A stretch of DNA of 64,000 nucleotides. Source: Candidatus Kapaibacterium sp. (GTDB lineage Bacteria > Patescibacteriota > Patescibacteriia > UBA9934). A program made the position numbers and the translations under genes. Where the stretch lies: contig JBILHA010000002.1 of assembly GCA_044350705.1 (NCBI GenBank), positions 178,295-242,294 on the forward strand, written 5' to 3'. The notes under the pieces are model-generated. The model saw nothing but the letters and a program-made list of their open reading frames with translations. It searched no databases and was not told where the DNA came from. Positions 18,053 to 27,098 of the stretch are shown here, piece after piece; position 1 is the stretch's first letter, and every line of letters starts with the position of its first letter.

Positions 18053-18754
18053 TTACGTCAGCTTGGTTTCTACGTGGAGCTTTCCAATTGCCTCAAGCGG
18101 CTGCGTTTCTCCCACCTCAGGATTATACGAGTTGTAGTAGAGCTCAATGAGTCCCTGCGTATCCAATTGCGCCACAGATAACCCCATGCTCTCTAATCCT
18201 CCTGCAATGAGCTGCGTTCGTTGCGTGATGGCATACCTCCTATCCTCGAATTGCTTCGCGTTGAGTTTCACGATAGATGCGGGATAAATAGCATTTTGCA
18301 GCTTTACAAAGAAGCCTTTTCCCTTTTCGTTGCCTTCACTGGCATCATACGGTACGACCACAAAAAAACGCTTCTGCATGATTTCTCCTAAATCTACAAG
18401 CTCTTTGATAAAGGAGGTATAGTCTCGAATTTGCGTTTTGAGGAGTTCGTTACTTATCCCTTCCTCTTGTGCCTTTAGACGCGCGAGATATCCATCGATA
18501 TTCATTTTCCTCGATTGGATGCATACCTGCAGAGGATGGTCGAGGCTGTTTAAAAATTGCATGTAGCCCTGGATGACTGCTTGCTGCTCGTCTTCGCTTT
18601 TGAGCGCAAAGTTAATGCTCGATACCATGAGCACCATGCGCATGGTTCCATCTTTCATCACTACCACGTTTTCTCGGATTTCAGCGATGTCCAAATAACG
18701 CTGGGTAGGAGGTCCAGCCTTTGGCCTTGCGAGTGCATTTCTTTGGTCTGCCAT
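18053..18754 (-). CDS. T4SS-associated protein resembling the VirB4/TraC N-terminal region
   Basis: INFALKSEDEQ, FLNSL, KRFFVVVPY; lies between the PrgI-family gene and virB4. Confidence 0.75.
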   Translation of the reverse strand: MADQRNALARPKAGPPTQRYLDIAEIRENVVVMKDGTMRMVLMVSSINFALKSEDEQQAVIQGYMQFLNSLDHPLQVCIQSRKMNIDGYLARLKAQEEGISNELLKTQIRDYTSFIKELVDLGEIMQKRFFVVVPYDASEGNEKGKGFFVKLQNAIYPASIVKLNAKQFEDRRYAITQRTQLIAGGLESMGLSVAQLDTQGLIELYYNSYNPEVGETQPLEAIGKLHVETKLT

Positions 18755-18757
18755 ACT

Positions 18758-19213
18758 TTATACCTGAGGGGGAAGTTCATCGTCGCCCTTGTAGACACCG
18801 CCGGTATTTACGATGAGCGTGAGCTCCGAAAGACGGGAGGATTCAAGGGGTGCTTTTCTTAGTTTTTCAGGCGGCTTTTCTTCCTCCACCTTTTTTAAAT
18901 ACACGCGAAGATCCGTATCAGAGAGCGTTTTATCCCACACTCTTTTTGCGGGCTTTTTAATATACTGCAGGAGGTTGAGCACGATATAGTGCAGTGGCTG
19001 GCCATTTACTTTTCCAAAAGCAAACGCTCCTCCGAGTGCGGCGATCGGGATACCAACCGCGAGCATGGGAAGCAGGCTCAAGAAAATGCGGTAGACTAAA
19101 AACTCTGCCACGATTACCCCTACCATGATGAGAAATTGGCGAAGCGTAATCGGGCCAATGATTTTTGGCTCTACATCAAGAAATTGCGGAACGACAAACT
19201 GGGATCGCGACAT
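18758..19213 (-). CDS. PrgI family (VirB3-like) membrane protein
   Basis: VPQFLDVEPKIIGPITLRQF, two TM, AFGKVNGQP. Confidence 0.85.
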   Translation of the reverse strand: MSRSQFVVPQFLDVEPKIIGPITLRQFLIMVGVIVAEFLVYRIFLSLLPMLAVGIPIAALGGAFAFGKVNGQPLHYIVLNLLQYIKKPAKRVWDKTLSDTDLRVYLKKVEEEKPPEKLRKAPLESSRLSELTLIVNTGGVYKGDDELPPQV

Positions 19214-19230
19214 GCAGGAAGTATAGCAGA

Positions 19231-20982
19231 TTAGAACCGCGTTTTTTCATTCCAACGTGCTAATGCTTGCATCTCTGCAGGGCCCAGACTTTCCTGTCCC
19301 TGCGATCTTCGCCGTGCGGCAATTTCTGCAACCGCGACACCCGTATTCAGCGACTCTCCCATGAGTGTTACGTACAGGGTTGCAAGTGGACTCTTGCGCC
19401 ATGCGAGCACACCCCGTACCCGATCTTCGTAACTCGTTTTTTGTAATGACAAGAGCAGTGCTTCCATTTTTCTCACGGCTTCATCTGGATTTGTAGAAAG
19501 TCGTCGGAAGTCCGCGAGCGTCATGGTTCCTAACTGTTCAACAGGACCCATGAGCTTGTTTCCTGAGACGATATCCGTCACCTTTTTGGGTACGCCATTC
19601 TCCTGTACAGGAGCGACGCTTCCTACCGTTAACTCGACGACTGCTGGTGCAGGCTTTTGAGATTGCTTCGTGAGGGATGCAAATTTTTCCTCGGTTTTCT
19701 TTGCCTCCTGCTCTTCCCAGGCCTGCGCGTCTTCGTCAGTAATCTCAACGCGCACATCCTCTACACGCTTCAGCGCATCTCCCGCCACACGGTACGCATC
19801 TTGTGCCTGCAAGAGCGCCTGCATGAGGAGAGAAAGCTGCTCGCCTTTCACTTTATAGTCGCGTTCAAGAATATCGCGTGTTTGATACTGATCGCGAATA
19901 CCGCGGAGCATTTTTCCAACGATATCTGCGAATGCTGCGGTAGGAATCTTTCCCTCATCCAGAATAGCCTTACTTTTTTCGAGCGCAATATCAATCGCCT
20001 CTGAGAAGGCGACTTTTATGGCTTCATCTTGATTTTTCTTCGCTTTTTCAGCTCTTTTTTTTGCAATCGCTTCAGGCTTCTCTTCAAGAAGTGCCGGCTC
20101 TGACACCCTGTCCTTTTGCAGCGGCAGCGCGATCGATGCACGCTCTGCTTTTTGTCCTTGCTGTCGTTGCTCCTCCTGAATAGGCGAGGAAATCACCGGC
20201 ACTTCTGCCGCCATTTCATGAGAAGGAGGGATTTCGAGTGCGGTCGTGAAGACTTTCTCCTCATTTTTTGAAGATTCCTCAAGAGGCAATTGCTCCTTGA
20301 CCAGCGCCCCACTCTCTTTTTCTTGAGCATCCGCGACAACTTGCTCTTTCATTTTTTGCTTTGCACGGAATTCCTCTTCAGATACAAGCCGAACGCTCCC
20401 AAGCCCCTCTTCTATTACCTGCAAAAGTGTGTCAATTTGCTCTTTTGCAAGCCCTAATCCTCCAATGGTCAGCGGCCTTCCAAAAAAAATCTTTAAACTT
20501 TCTCCTGTTTTTTGTCCGCTCATTCGCTGCTCGAGGAGAAACGCGAGACGCTTCAACAAGAGATCTGAAAATGTAAGTCCGGCTTGGGATACCACTCTTC
20601 TTGCAAAGCTCTCTGCATCAATCATCTCCTTTTCAATGCGCATCCCCTTTTCGTAAAGCGACACATCAGCCCCCCAAATACGAAGCTGTTCCTCTATTCC
20701 TGGGAAAAAATCTTCCAGAGGGAGAAGTCTCAGGGCTGATACTTCCACGGCAAGTTCCTGAGATCTTGCATCGGAAAGATCAAATGCCTCCTTGAGGAGC
20801 CCGGGCACCTCTGCAAGAGGAATCTGCTCATCAAGGACAGCGTCCGTTAGATCAAGCAATTCTCCCACCCTTTCCTCTGGAATTTGATACTTCTGTCCAA
20901 CATCAATAAGCGCATCATAAATGTCGCCATCTTGAAGAAAGTTCCTTGTCGCATCGATATTAAGTAGCGTCGCGAGCGACAT
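19231..20982 (-). CDS. Hypothetical cytoplasmic helical protein within the T4SS-like locus
   Basis: 583-aa ORF with charged linkers; co-oriented with its neighbours. Confidence 0.85.
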   Translation of the reverse strand: MSLATLLNIDATRNFLQDGDIYDALIDVGQKYQIPEERVGELLDLTDAVLDEQIPLAEVPGLLKEAFDLSDARSQELAVEVSALRLLPLEDFFPGIEEQLRIWGADVSLYEKGMRIEKEMIDAESFARRVVSQAGLTFSDLLLKRLAFLLEQRMSGQKTGESLKIFFGRPLTIGGLGLAKEQIDTLLQVIEEGLGSVRLVSEEEFRAKQKMKEQVVADAQEKESGALVKEQLPLEESSKNEEKVFTTALEIPPSHEMAAEVPVISSPIQEEQRQQGQKAERASIALPLQKDRVSEPALLEEKPEAIAKKRAEKAKKNQDEAIKVAFSEAIDIALEKSKAILDEGKIPTAAFADIVGKMLRGIRDQYQTRDILERDYKVKGEQLSLLMQALLQAQDAYRVAGDALKRVEDVRVEITDEDAQAWEEQEAKKTEEKFASLTKQSQKPAPAVVELTVGSVAPVQENGVPKKVTDIVSGNKLMGPVEQLGTMTLADFRRLSTNPDEAVRKMEALLLSLQKTSYEDRVRGVLAWRKSPLATLYVTLMGESLNTGVAVAEIAARRRSQGQESLGPAEMQALARWNEKTRF

Positions 20983-20990
20983 ACGTTTGT

Positions 20991-23849
20991 CTAAGTCATG
21001 TATCTTTCAGCGGCATTGTACGAACTACGGAGTCCACGAAGGCGCTTTATCTCGTCCGCAGAACTTGCCGTCGTTTCATGCACGCGAAGTGCAGCGCCGA
21101 TGGTACTCATCGCATCTTTTATCGCTGCTTTTTTTCCTGCATCCGTTTCTTTTCTCATCATCTCCGCCAGCTTGTTGAAATCTTCCTTTGAAAGACCGTC
21201 CACAATCGTCTTTGAGAAGTCGTTTCTCGCACCTTTCACTACCGCATCGCGAATCGCATCCTGCATGTGCGCCACAGAAGAAGGGTCCGCTTTCATAAGT
21301 TGCTGCACCTTCATGCGCTCATCTCGTCCAATATTCATGGATGGGTTTGTTGCAGGATTTGTGTCAACGCCTGGAATAATATCGGGAATGGTTTTCCCTG
21401 CCCCCAGAAGCTTCTGACGAATTGCATTTGCATCATCAATACTAATTCTTCCTCCTGCAGCCTCCATTGCCGCGAGCTGTGCTTGGATTTGGCTTTGCGT
21501 TGCCGCATTCATTTTTGAGAAGTCTGCCTTCGATTGTGCGAGCGCCTGAATTGCTTTATCAGCGTTTGCATTTCTTGATGAATCGAACATGGCGTCATTC
21601 AGCTGTCCTTCGCTGACTTGGCCATTCTCAAACGCTCTGCCGATATTCTCTACACTCTGCGTCTGCATGACATTCGTCACAAACTGCTGCTGCACCGAAG
21701 CAGCAGTAACCCCCGGAGGTCGTCCTGCCTTTGCCGCAGCCTTTGCTTCAGCATCGATTTGTTCTTTTGCAAGATTACTTACATCTGTTTTTCCTTCAAT
21801 AATTGCCTGAATAACGCTTGCCTTGCCTACATCAGTCGTCGTTAAATGCGCAGACGCCTCTGTGGTCTTTGATCGACCATATGTTCCTCGATTCAATTCA
21901 TCGAGTTTACTGACCTTCTTTCCACTTTCATACTTTGATGTCGCTCGACCCATTGCGTTTAGAACAGTTTCATCAGCAGCAGCCTGTGAACGCAAAAGGC
22001 GTCCGTTGAAATCTTCTGAATCGATGAATTTTTCTGCCTTACTCTTATCTACCTTTGCATAGAGATCCGCATATTGTGATCGTGCCTTATTCCATGCTTC
22101 TTTATCTATTGGTCGGTCATGCTCATGTTTATCAAAGTCACTCAAGGTGCTCTGTACGATTTCATCAAACTTCTCTTTGCCCACCTCCTTTTCTAAGGCT
22201 TTTGCAAAATCCTTATTCGTAAATAATTCTCCCCGAAGCACCTTCGCATCGGCTAAAATGTCATTTGAAATAGCGCCCGTTCCTGTCGCGGACTTCATCA
22301 ATCGAGATACCCTTTGCGCATCGGTCATGTGTGAAACGCGATCCTTTGCTGCTTTTTTCTCCTTTTCATCAAAACCATGCAAACGTGCATCAATCGAAGA
22401 GCCCGCCGACAAGAGAAGATCTGAACCCGTCGCAGCTCCTGCGGCACTCACAATATTTCCTGCGCGTTTCGCAATTTTCTTACCTCCAATGAGCGAAGAT
22501 TCGAGAGGGCTTTCTGCCACCTGCAGTCCACGCGTAGCGACCCCAGCTGCTTTCTGCGTTAAGTTGCCCGTGCGTTGTAAGAAAGCGTTCAGCCGAGGGC
22601 TGCTCCCTGCGAACATATTGGACCTTCCCAACATTCCTCCCGCTTTTCCCGCCAATTGACTGCCAACTCTTGCCCCCGTAACAGGTAAAGCAAGGGCTCC
22701 TCCAGATATTTTCCTTCCCAGAGAAAGCGCGCGGCGACCGGTCTTTTCATTGAGCGCCATTGCGGCGAGGCCTCCCATTTTTGACGCGATTTTCGCCGAC
22801 TCACGGATACCCATGAGTAAGAAGACGATCGCAATAAGGAGACCGGTGAAGTTGGTGGATTCGAAAATTTCGAGCGTGATTTGTCCGTAGGTTGTACGTT
22901 CTTCTGGCTCTGGGAATGCCTCTGCCTTTGCGAGGTGACCGTTTGAAGATGCGGCAAGCGCCAAATACAAGAAAAATGCGAGCATCGGGCCAAGGATGAG
23001 CGGGGGGACAAATCCCTGCACCCATTCATTCCACACGCGACCCAACCACTTGATGATATCCATGGACCCCCAGGAGAATCCTGCGAAAGGCGCCATGATA
23101 AATGCAATCCAGAGCATGATGATGCGCCAGATGAACGCTACGGCAAGCAGCAAGATGACGATCATCACCGCTACCTGCACCATGAGTTTTACGTAGGCGT
23201 TTGCAATGTTCGATGCCAATGTCACCAGCGTAATTCCCGCCTCAGACGCTCCTTGAAAAGTCGCCGAAGAGTACGTGGTTGCTTGCGGCATGACCATGAG
23301 CTGCGCAAAGTTTCCGGCCGCAATACTCATGAGCGCGTTTACGAACGTCATCATGACGATTTGACTTGCGTCTACAGCAAGACCGCAGATGGTTCTACTA
23401 AAGTTTGCAAAAACGATACCTAAGAAGAATCGAGGAAGGTGTTGCTGCCAGGCGCTACTTCCCTGCCCAACCATCGTTTTTACCGCCAAAATCAAGAGCA
23501 CAATGACCGCAAACATGTTTACCATGTCGCGCGTGAGCGTCCATCCGAGTGTGACGATGCTTGAGCTTGAGAAATTGTTGTAACTGAGGACATTGACGAC
23601 GATCACCTCAATGATCACGAGCGTGAGCGAACCAATCGCATCACCGATGAAGTTGATAATCTGCGCGAGGACGTTTCCAATCCACATGACCAAGCTGTTC
23701 GCCCAGGTGGATTCCTCGGGAGTTTCATATGCGGCATGCGCGATATCTGGTACCACCGCATGCATAAGCATGCCCATGCCAACAAAAAGACCAAGCACAA
23801 GTGCCGTGGTCCCTACTTTACGGAACAACCGACGCATCCCTCCAAACAT
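20991..23849 (-). CDS. Polytopic membrane protein, VirB6/TrbL-like, with long Ala/Lys-rich C-terminal extension
   Basis: GWTLTRDMVNM, ANFSRTICGLAVDASQ, WRIIMLWIAFIMAP; multiple TM then roughly 580 aa of soluble tail. Confidence 0.75.
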   Translation of the reverse strand: MFGGMRRLFRKVGTTALVLGLFVGMGMLMHAVVPDIAHAAYETPEESTWANSLVMWIGNVLAQIINFIGDAIGSLTLVIIEVIVVNVLSYNNFSSSSIVTLGWTLTRDMVNMFAVIVLLILAVKTMVGQGSSAWQQHLPRFFLGIVFANFSRTICGLAVDASQIVMMTFVNALMSIAAGNFAQLMVMPQATTYSSATFQGASEAGITLVTLASNIANAYVKLMVQVAVMIVILLLAVAFIWRIIMLWIAFIMAPFAGFSWGSMDIIKWLGRVWNEWVQGFVPPLILGPMLAFFLYLALAASSNGHLAKAEAFPEPEERTTYGQITLEIFESTNFTGLLIAIVFLLMGIRESAKIASKMGGLAAMALNEKTGRRALSLGRKISGGALALPVTGARVGSQLAGKAGGMLGRSNMFAGSSPRLNAFLQRTGNLTQKAAGVATRGLQVAESPLESSLIGGKKIAKRAGNIVSAAGAATGSDLLLSAGSSIDARLHGFDEKEKKAAKDRVSHMTDAQRVSRLMKSATGTGAISNDILADAKVLRGELFTNKDFAKALEKEVGKEKFDEIVQSTLSDFDKHEHDRPIDKEAWNKARSQYADLYAKVDKSKAEKFIDSEDFNGRLLRSQAAADETVLNAMGRATSKYESGKKVSKLDELNRGTYGRSKTTEASAHLTTTDVGKASVIQAIIEGKTDVSNLAKEQIDAEAKAAAKAGRPPGVTAASVQQQFVTNVMQTQSVENIGRAFENGQVSEGQLNDAMFDSSRNANADKAIQALAQSKADFSKMNAATQSQIQAQLAAMEAAGGRISIDDANAIRQKLLGAGKTIPDIIPGVDTNPATNPSMNIGRDERMKVQQLMKADPSSVAHMQDAIRDAVVKGARNDFSKTIVDGLSKEDFNKLAEMMRKETDAGKKAAIKDAMSTIGAALRVHETTASSADEIKRLRGLRSSYNAAERYMT

Positions 23850-23876
23850 ATGGGAATAGTGTAGCACAAATCCTTT

Positions 23877-24103
23877 GTGTCATTCCGACGACAGGAGGAA
23901 TCTCTTCCCTTTCATTCATTTACACTTCCCATGTTTGAAAGTAAGGGTTCTTCAACGCAATAAGCGCATATTTCTTTTGTCTTCTCCATTTCTTTAATTC
24001 TTTTTCTCGAGCAATGGCAGCGTGTACATTTGCGGTTGATTCAAAGTAGGGAATTTTTTATGAATGGATCTGAAGGAGATCGCTCCTACCGTCGGGATGA
24101 CAC
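23877..24103. mobile_element. REP-like cassette: 28-bp imperfect terminal inverted repeats enclosing a GIY-YIG remnant
   Basis: gtgtcattccgacgacaggaggaatctc (23877-23904) vs gagatcgctcctaccgtcgggatgacac (24076-24103). Confidence 0.7.
23920..24070 (-). pseudogene. Truncated, frameshifted GIY-YIG nuclease (C-terminal half only)
   Basis: Manual translation YFESTANVHAAIAREKELKKWRRQKKYALIALKNPYFQTWEV*; in-frame stop just upstream, no N-terminal motif; absent from the ORF track. Confidence 0.85.
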
Positions 24104-24182
24104 CGGATCTCTTTCGGACTTTTGTATAAGATCCAACAATGACACCGGTTCTCTCTTCCACTTTTTTTGTACAAGACCCAAC
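24098..24182. repeat. Two imperfect ~42-bp tandem direct repeats
   Basis: tgacaccggatctct...ttttgtataagatccaac / tgacaccggttctct...ttttgtacaagacccaac. Confidence 0.7.
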
Positions 24183-24213
24183 GTCGTCACTTCTCCCTGT
24201 GAGATACGCAAGA

Positions 24214-24244
24214 CGCCTGGGAGAGCAGAACGCTCTCCCAGGCG
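24214..24244 (-). terminator. GC-rich hairpin downstream of the M23 gene
   Basis: cgcctgggagagc-agaac-gctctcccaggcg. Confidence 0.65.
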
Positions 24245-24273
24245 CACGATTCTTCTCTTTCGGACAAGAAGAA

Positions 24274-26022
24274 TTATTCCTCGATCACGACCCGCAGTCC
24301 GCAGCCACTTGACGTGGGATCATCGGCGGCGACCACCGACTGCGCATGTCCGTTCCAGGTTGCAGCTACCGTTCCCTGGATGGTTCCGGGCGGAAACGGC
24401 CCCAGGCAGGACCAGCTTGTCGTACCAGAGATGACGTACTCCACCGAAAAGCGGAGTGCGTCGCCCGGTTCCATGACGCGACGGTAGGTGAGGTGGGAGG
24501 TATCTGACCCCTCCGCAAGCACCCCCACCCAGCTCCGCGGATCACCACCCGCGGGGGTGAACTCCCCCGAGAGGGTGATGCGGCTTGCCGTCGCCGCATC
24601 TGGCGTTGTCCAGGTGAGCACGAGCTCCCTCTCTTCCTCGATGTCGGTCTCCGCCGGTGCTTCTTCTTCCTCTTCCCGCGTTTCTTCTTCCTCAGGCGGA
24701 TCACCCGCGCTCTCGTAGGCTCCTCCCCCAACCGCAGCACCGCCGCAGGTGGTGATCAGAGACTCGGTGAGGCAGGAGATGCCCGTCGCACAGCTCCCGC
24801 GCACGGTCACGATGCTCTCGAACTCGCTCCGCTCCACTTCGAGCACCGTTCTTTCCCAGAACCCCATGAGCAGATAGACGCTCCACGTCTCGATGGGCAT
24901 CGCAACACCATCGCTCATGAGGTACACGTCGCTTGCATCGGCCGGAGAGATGAGGCTTCCATCGCGGTAGCGCGCGTTGCCGCTGTGCACCGGATAGTCG
25001 CCAAGATCGTCGGAGAGATCGGACGCCTGGAGCAGGTCATCGTACGTCGCGGCGCTCATGCCCCACGACTTCACAACCCCCTGCCAGCCGAGCGTACCGA
25101 TCTTCTGTCTCGCACGATACTCATCGCCGCGCGTTCCCATGAGAAGCCACACGCCGGTTCCGCCTTCGTCGTCGTACACCGCGCGCACTGCGGACGCATC
25201 TCTCAGGCTCTCGCCTTCTTCGAAGCAGGAAAGCTCCTCGGGGGAGACGAGCGCAACATGCGCGAAGTCGTAATTGCGGGAGGTGAAGGCGCTCTCGGTC
25301 ACGAACACGCGCCTCTTCCCTTCTTCGATGAGGTACACCGCGCTCTCGAAGGGCGTCTTCACGAGCGTGCCGTTCGGGTGCCAGCGCGGCACAGGAAGGG
25401 ACGACTCGTACCGATGACCGGACGTGAGATCGCAGATCATGCTCGTTACCGGCGTTGCCTGTGCCGGCGTTCCCCGCGTGGCATTGCGCGCGAAGAACTC
25501 GAGCCCCTCCTGCGAGATTCCCTGGACGCCGTCGTCCGCTGCATCTCCCCAGTGACGGCCGATATGCAGATGGTCTCCCGTGGAGTTCCCCGTCGTCCCT
25601 TCGATTGCGATGATCTGGCCCGCCACCACTTCGCTCCCATCCTCCACAAAGATGTCGGACAGGTGCGCGAGGATGATATAGGTACCGTCACCGAGATCGA
25701 TGTTGATGTGCAGACCGAAGTTCGTCGTCGAATTGCGGTCGTGCACGTACGCCACGCCCGCGACCGGCGCGTACACCAGATCGTCGGCGTCGTTGGGGGT
25801 GTCGAAGTCCACGTCGTAGCGCGTTGCGGTTCCCCGGTGGGAGTAGCTCCCTCCGGTCCCCTGGCTGCAGCGGTAGCTCTCCCCTTCGGCGAAGGGCAGA
25901 TGAACCGTCACCGCGTCACGCCCTCCCCCGCCGATTCCGGTGTCTTCAGGAATGCTCAGCGGCGGCAGCGGCGAACAGCTACAGAAAAAAAGTACGAGGA
26001 GCGCACAAATAATGAAGGTCAT
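24274..26022 (-). CDS. M23 family metallopeptidase lipoprotein with two repeated surface modules; high GC
   Basis: Lipobox FCSC, SH...DVDF, VYAPVAG, AHLS, GNSTGDHLH; repeats HPNGTLVK..VYLI and YRDGSLIS..VYLM; GGAG SD. Confidence 0.88.
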   Translation of the reverse strand: MTFIICALLVLFFCSCSPLPPLSIPEDTGIGGGGRDAVTVHLPFAEGESYRCSQGTGGSYSHRGTATRYDVDFDTPNDADDLVYAPVAGVAYVHDRNSTTNFGLHINIDLGDGTYIILAHLSDIFVEDGSEVVAGQIIAIEGTTGNSTGDHLHIGRHWGDAADDGVQGISQEGLEFFARNATRGTPAQATPVTSMICDLTSGHRYESSLPVPRWHPNGTLVKTPFESAVYLIEEGKRRVFVTESAFTSRNYDFAHVALVSPEELSCFEEGESLRDASAVRAVYDDEGGTGVWLLMGTRGDEYRARQKIGTLGWQGVVKSWGMSAATYDDLLQASDLSDDLGDYPVHSGNARYRDGSLISPADASDVYLMSDGVAMPIETWSVYLLMGFWERTVLEVERSEFESIVTVRGSCATGISCLTESLITTCGGAAVGGGAYESAGDPPEEEETREEEEEAPAETDIEEERELVLTWTTPDAATASRITLSGEFTPAGGDPRSWVGVLAEGSDTSHLTYRRVMEPGDALRFSVEYVISGTTSWSCLGPFPPGTIQGTVAATWNGHAQSVVAADDPTSSGCGLRVVIEE

Positions 26023-26307
26023 GGGCCGACGTCTCCGGAGATGAAACGATGATTCGTTTCTTTTCCCCTTGCAGAGGGAGTCCCAAAGGAACTGCAAGGG
26101 AAACCGGAGCGCAGCATATGCCCTGGGGTAAGGACTCCCCTCCTTACCCCTTTATTTATTAAGTATGGAATGCTGTTTGCCCGGCTGTCGTTTTGAAAGC
26201 GCGTTTTTTGGTACCCGCTTTCAGGGCGATCAGGCGCGCGTTTGTCATTCCTGCAGACACTCACGAACGTTCCTTCAAGGTCGTGCCCGAACTCGTCGGT
26301 CGTTCTG
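26023..26307 (-). promoter_or_regulatory. Long structured putative 5' leader of the M23 gene
   Basis: Stems ggaatg/cattcc, tgaaagcg/cgctttca, ggggtaagga/tccttacccc, cccttgcag/ctgcaaggg, ctccgg/ccggag. Confidence 0.45.
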
Positions 26308-26651
26308 CTTCCATATCACCATAAAAAAAGAAGTCTTCAAGTAAAAACCTTTAAAAACTCTTCTCTTTTTTGCGCGTTTTCGTTTCTGGTATCTTTTTTT
26401 CTTTTCATTGTCAGAAAACAATGAACAGCTTTTTCGCAAAACATCTCTTTGAAGCGATGCGTTGTCCCCTCTCCAAAAACACCGTGGGAAAAGCTGTCAG
26501 GAGTGCAAAAACTGTGGATAACCTACAAAAAACACGCCCCTTGCAATGGGCGTGTTTCCTCTCTCTTGAAGCTCGCGTATACGCCCCTCCTGGCCTCCCC
26601 GATGGGGAGGATCTCGGTGGAAACTCCCCTGACTCACCCGAGACGCTTTCA

Positions 26652-27020
26652 TTACTTTCCCTGCAAACGCTTTACTTCTTCGTGAATACGCCCCACTACA
26701 CTTTCCACATCTTGAAATACTTCCTCATTCTTTATTCTCATCACGTGAAATCCCGCTCCTATGAGATAGGCCTCACGCTGCATGTCATAAATTCGATGTC
26801 CAAGTTTTTCATGAATTTTTCCATCGATTTCTATTACCAAACGGAGCGGCCAGAAACAAAAATCAACAATAAAAGGACCTATGCCGTGCTGCCTACGGCA
26901 CCTTACTCCGAGCGCATCGTGCGAAAGATGACACCAAATCACCCTTTCCGCCTGAGTCATCCGCTTTCTCAATTCTCTCCGTCGCTCTTTACTCCTCGCG
27001 GGATTGATGAGTCTTTTCAT
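26652..27020 (-). CDS. DUF559 / Vsr-like PD-(D/E)xK endonuclease
   Basis: RELRKRMTQAERVIW, RRQHGIGPFIVDF, LVIEIDGKIH, D..R..YL...G. Confidence 0.92.
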   Translation of the reverse strand: MKRLINPARSKERRRELRKRMTQAERVIWCHLSHDALGVRCRRQHGIGPFIVDFCFWPLRLVIEIDGKIHEKLGHRIYDMQREAYLIGAGFHVMRIKNEEVFQDVESVVGRIHEEVKRLQGK

Positions 27021-27052
27021 AGGCTTCCATCCTATCGCAACGCGCTTCTAAG

Positions 27053-27098
27053 AGTTTCCAAAGGAGCTTCCATACAAGTTTCCAAGCGCACTTCCAAG
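27053..27098. repeat. Four TTCCA-core direct repeats at exact 12-bp spacing
   Basis: TTCCA at 27056, 27068, 27080, 27092. Confidence 0.7.

Noticed and set aside
24985-26052. 355-aa plus-strand ORF antisense to the M23 gene
   Set aside because: Antisense shadow of a high-GC gene with no recognisable motifs
26170-26250. GACAGCCGGGC and GAAA elements reminiscent of a c-di-GMP-I riboswitch
   Set aside because: The GGCAAAC...GACGCAAA core is not present in the right arrangement; kept only as an unassigned structured leader
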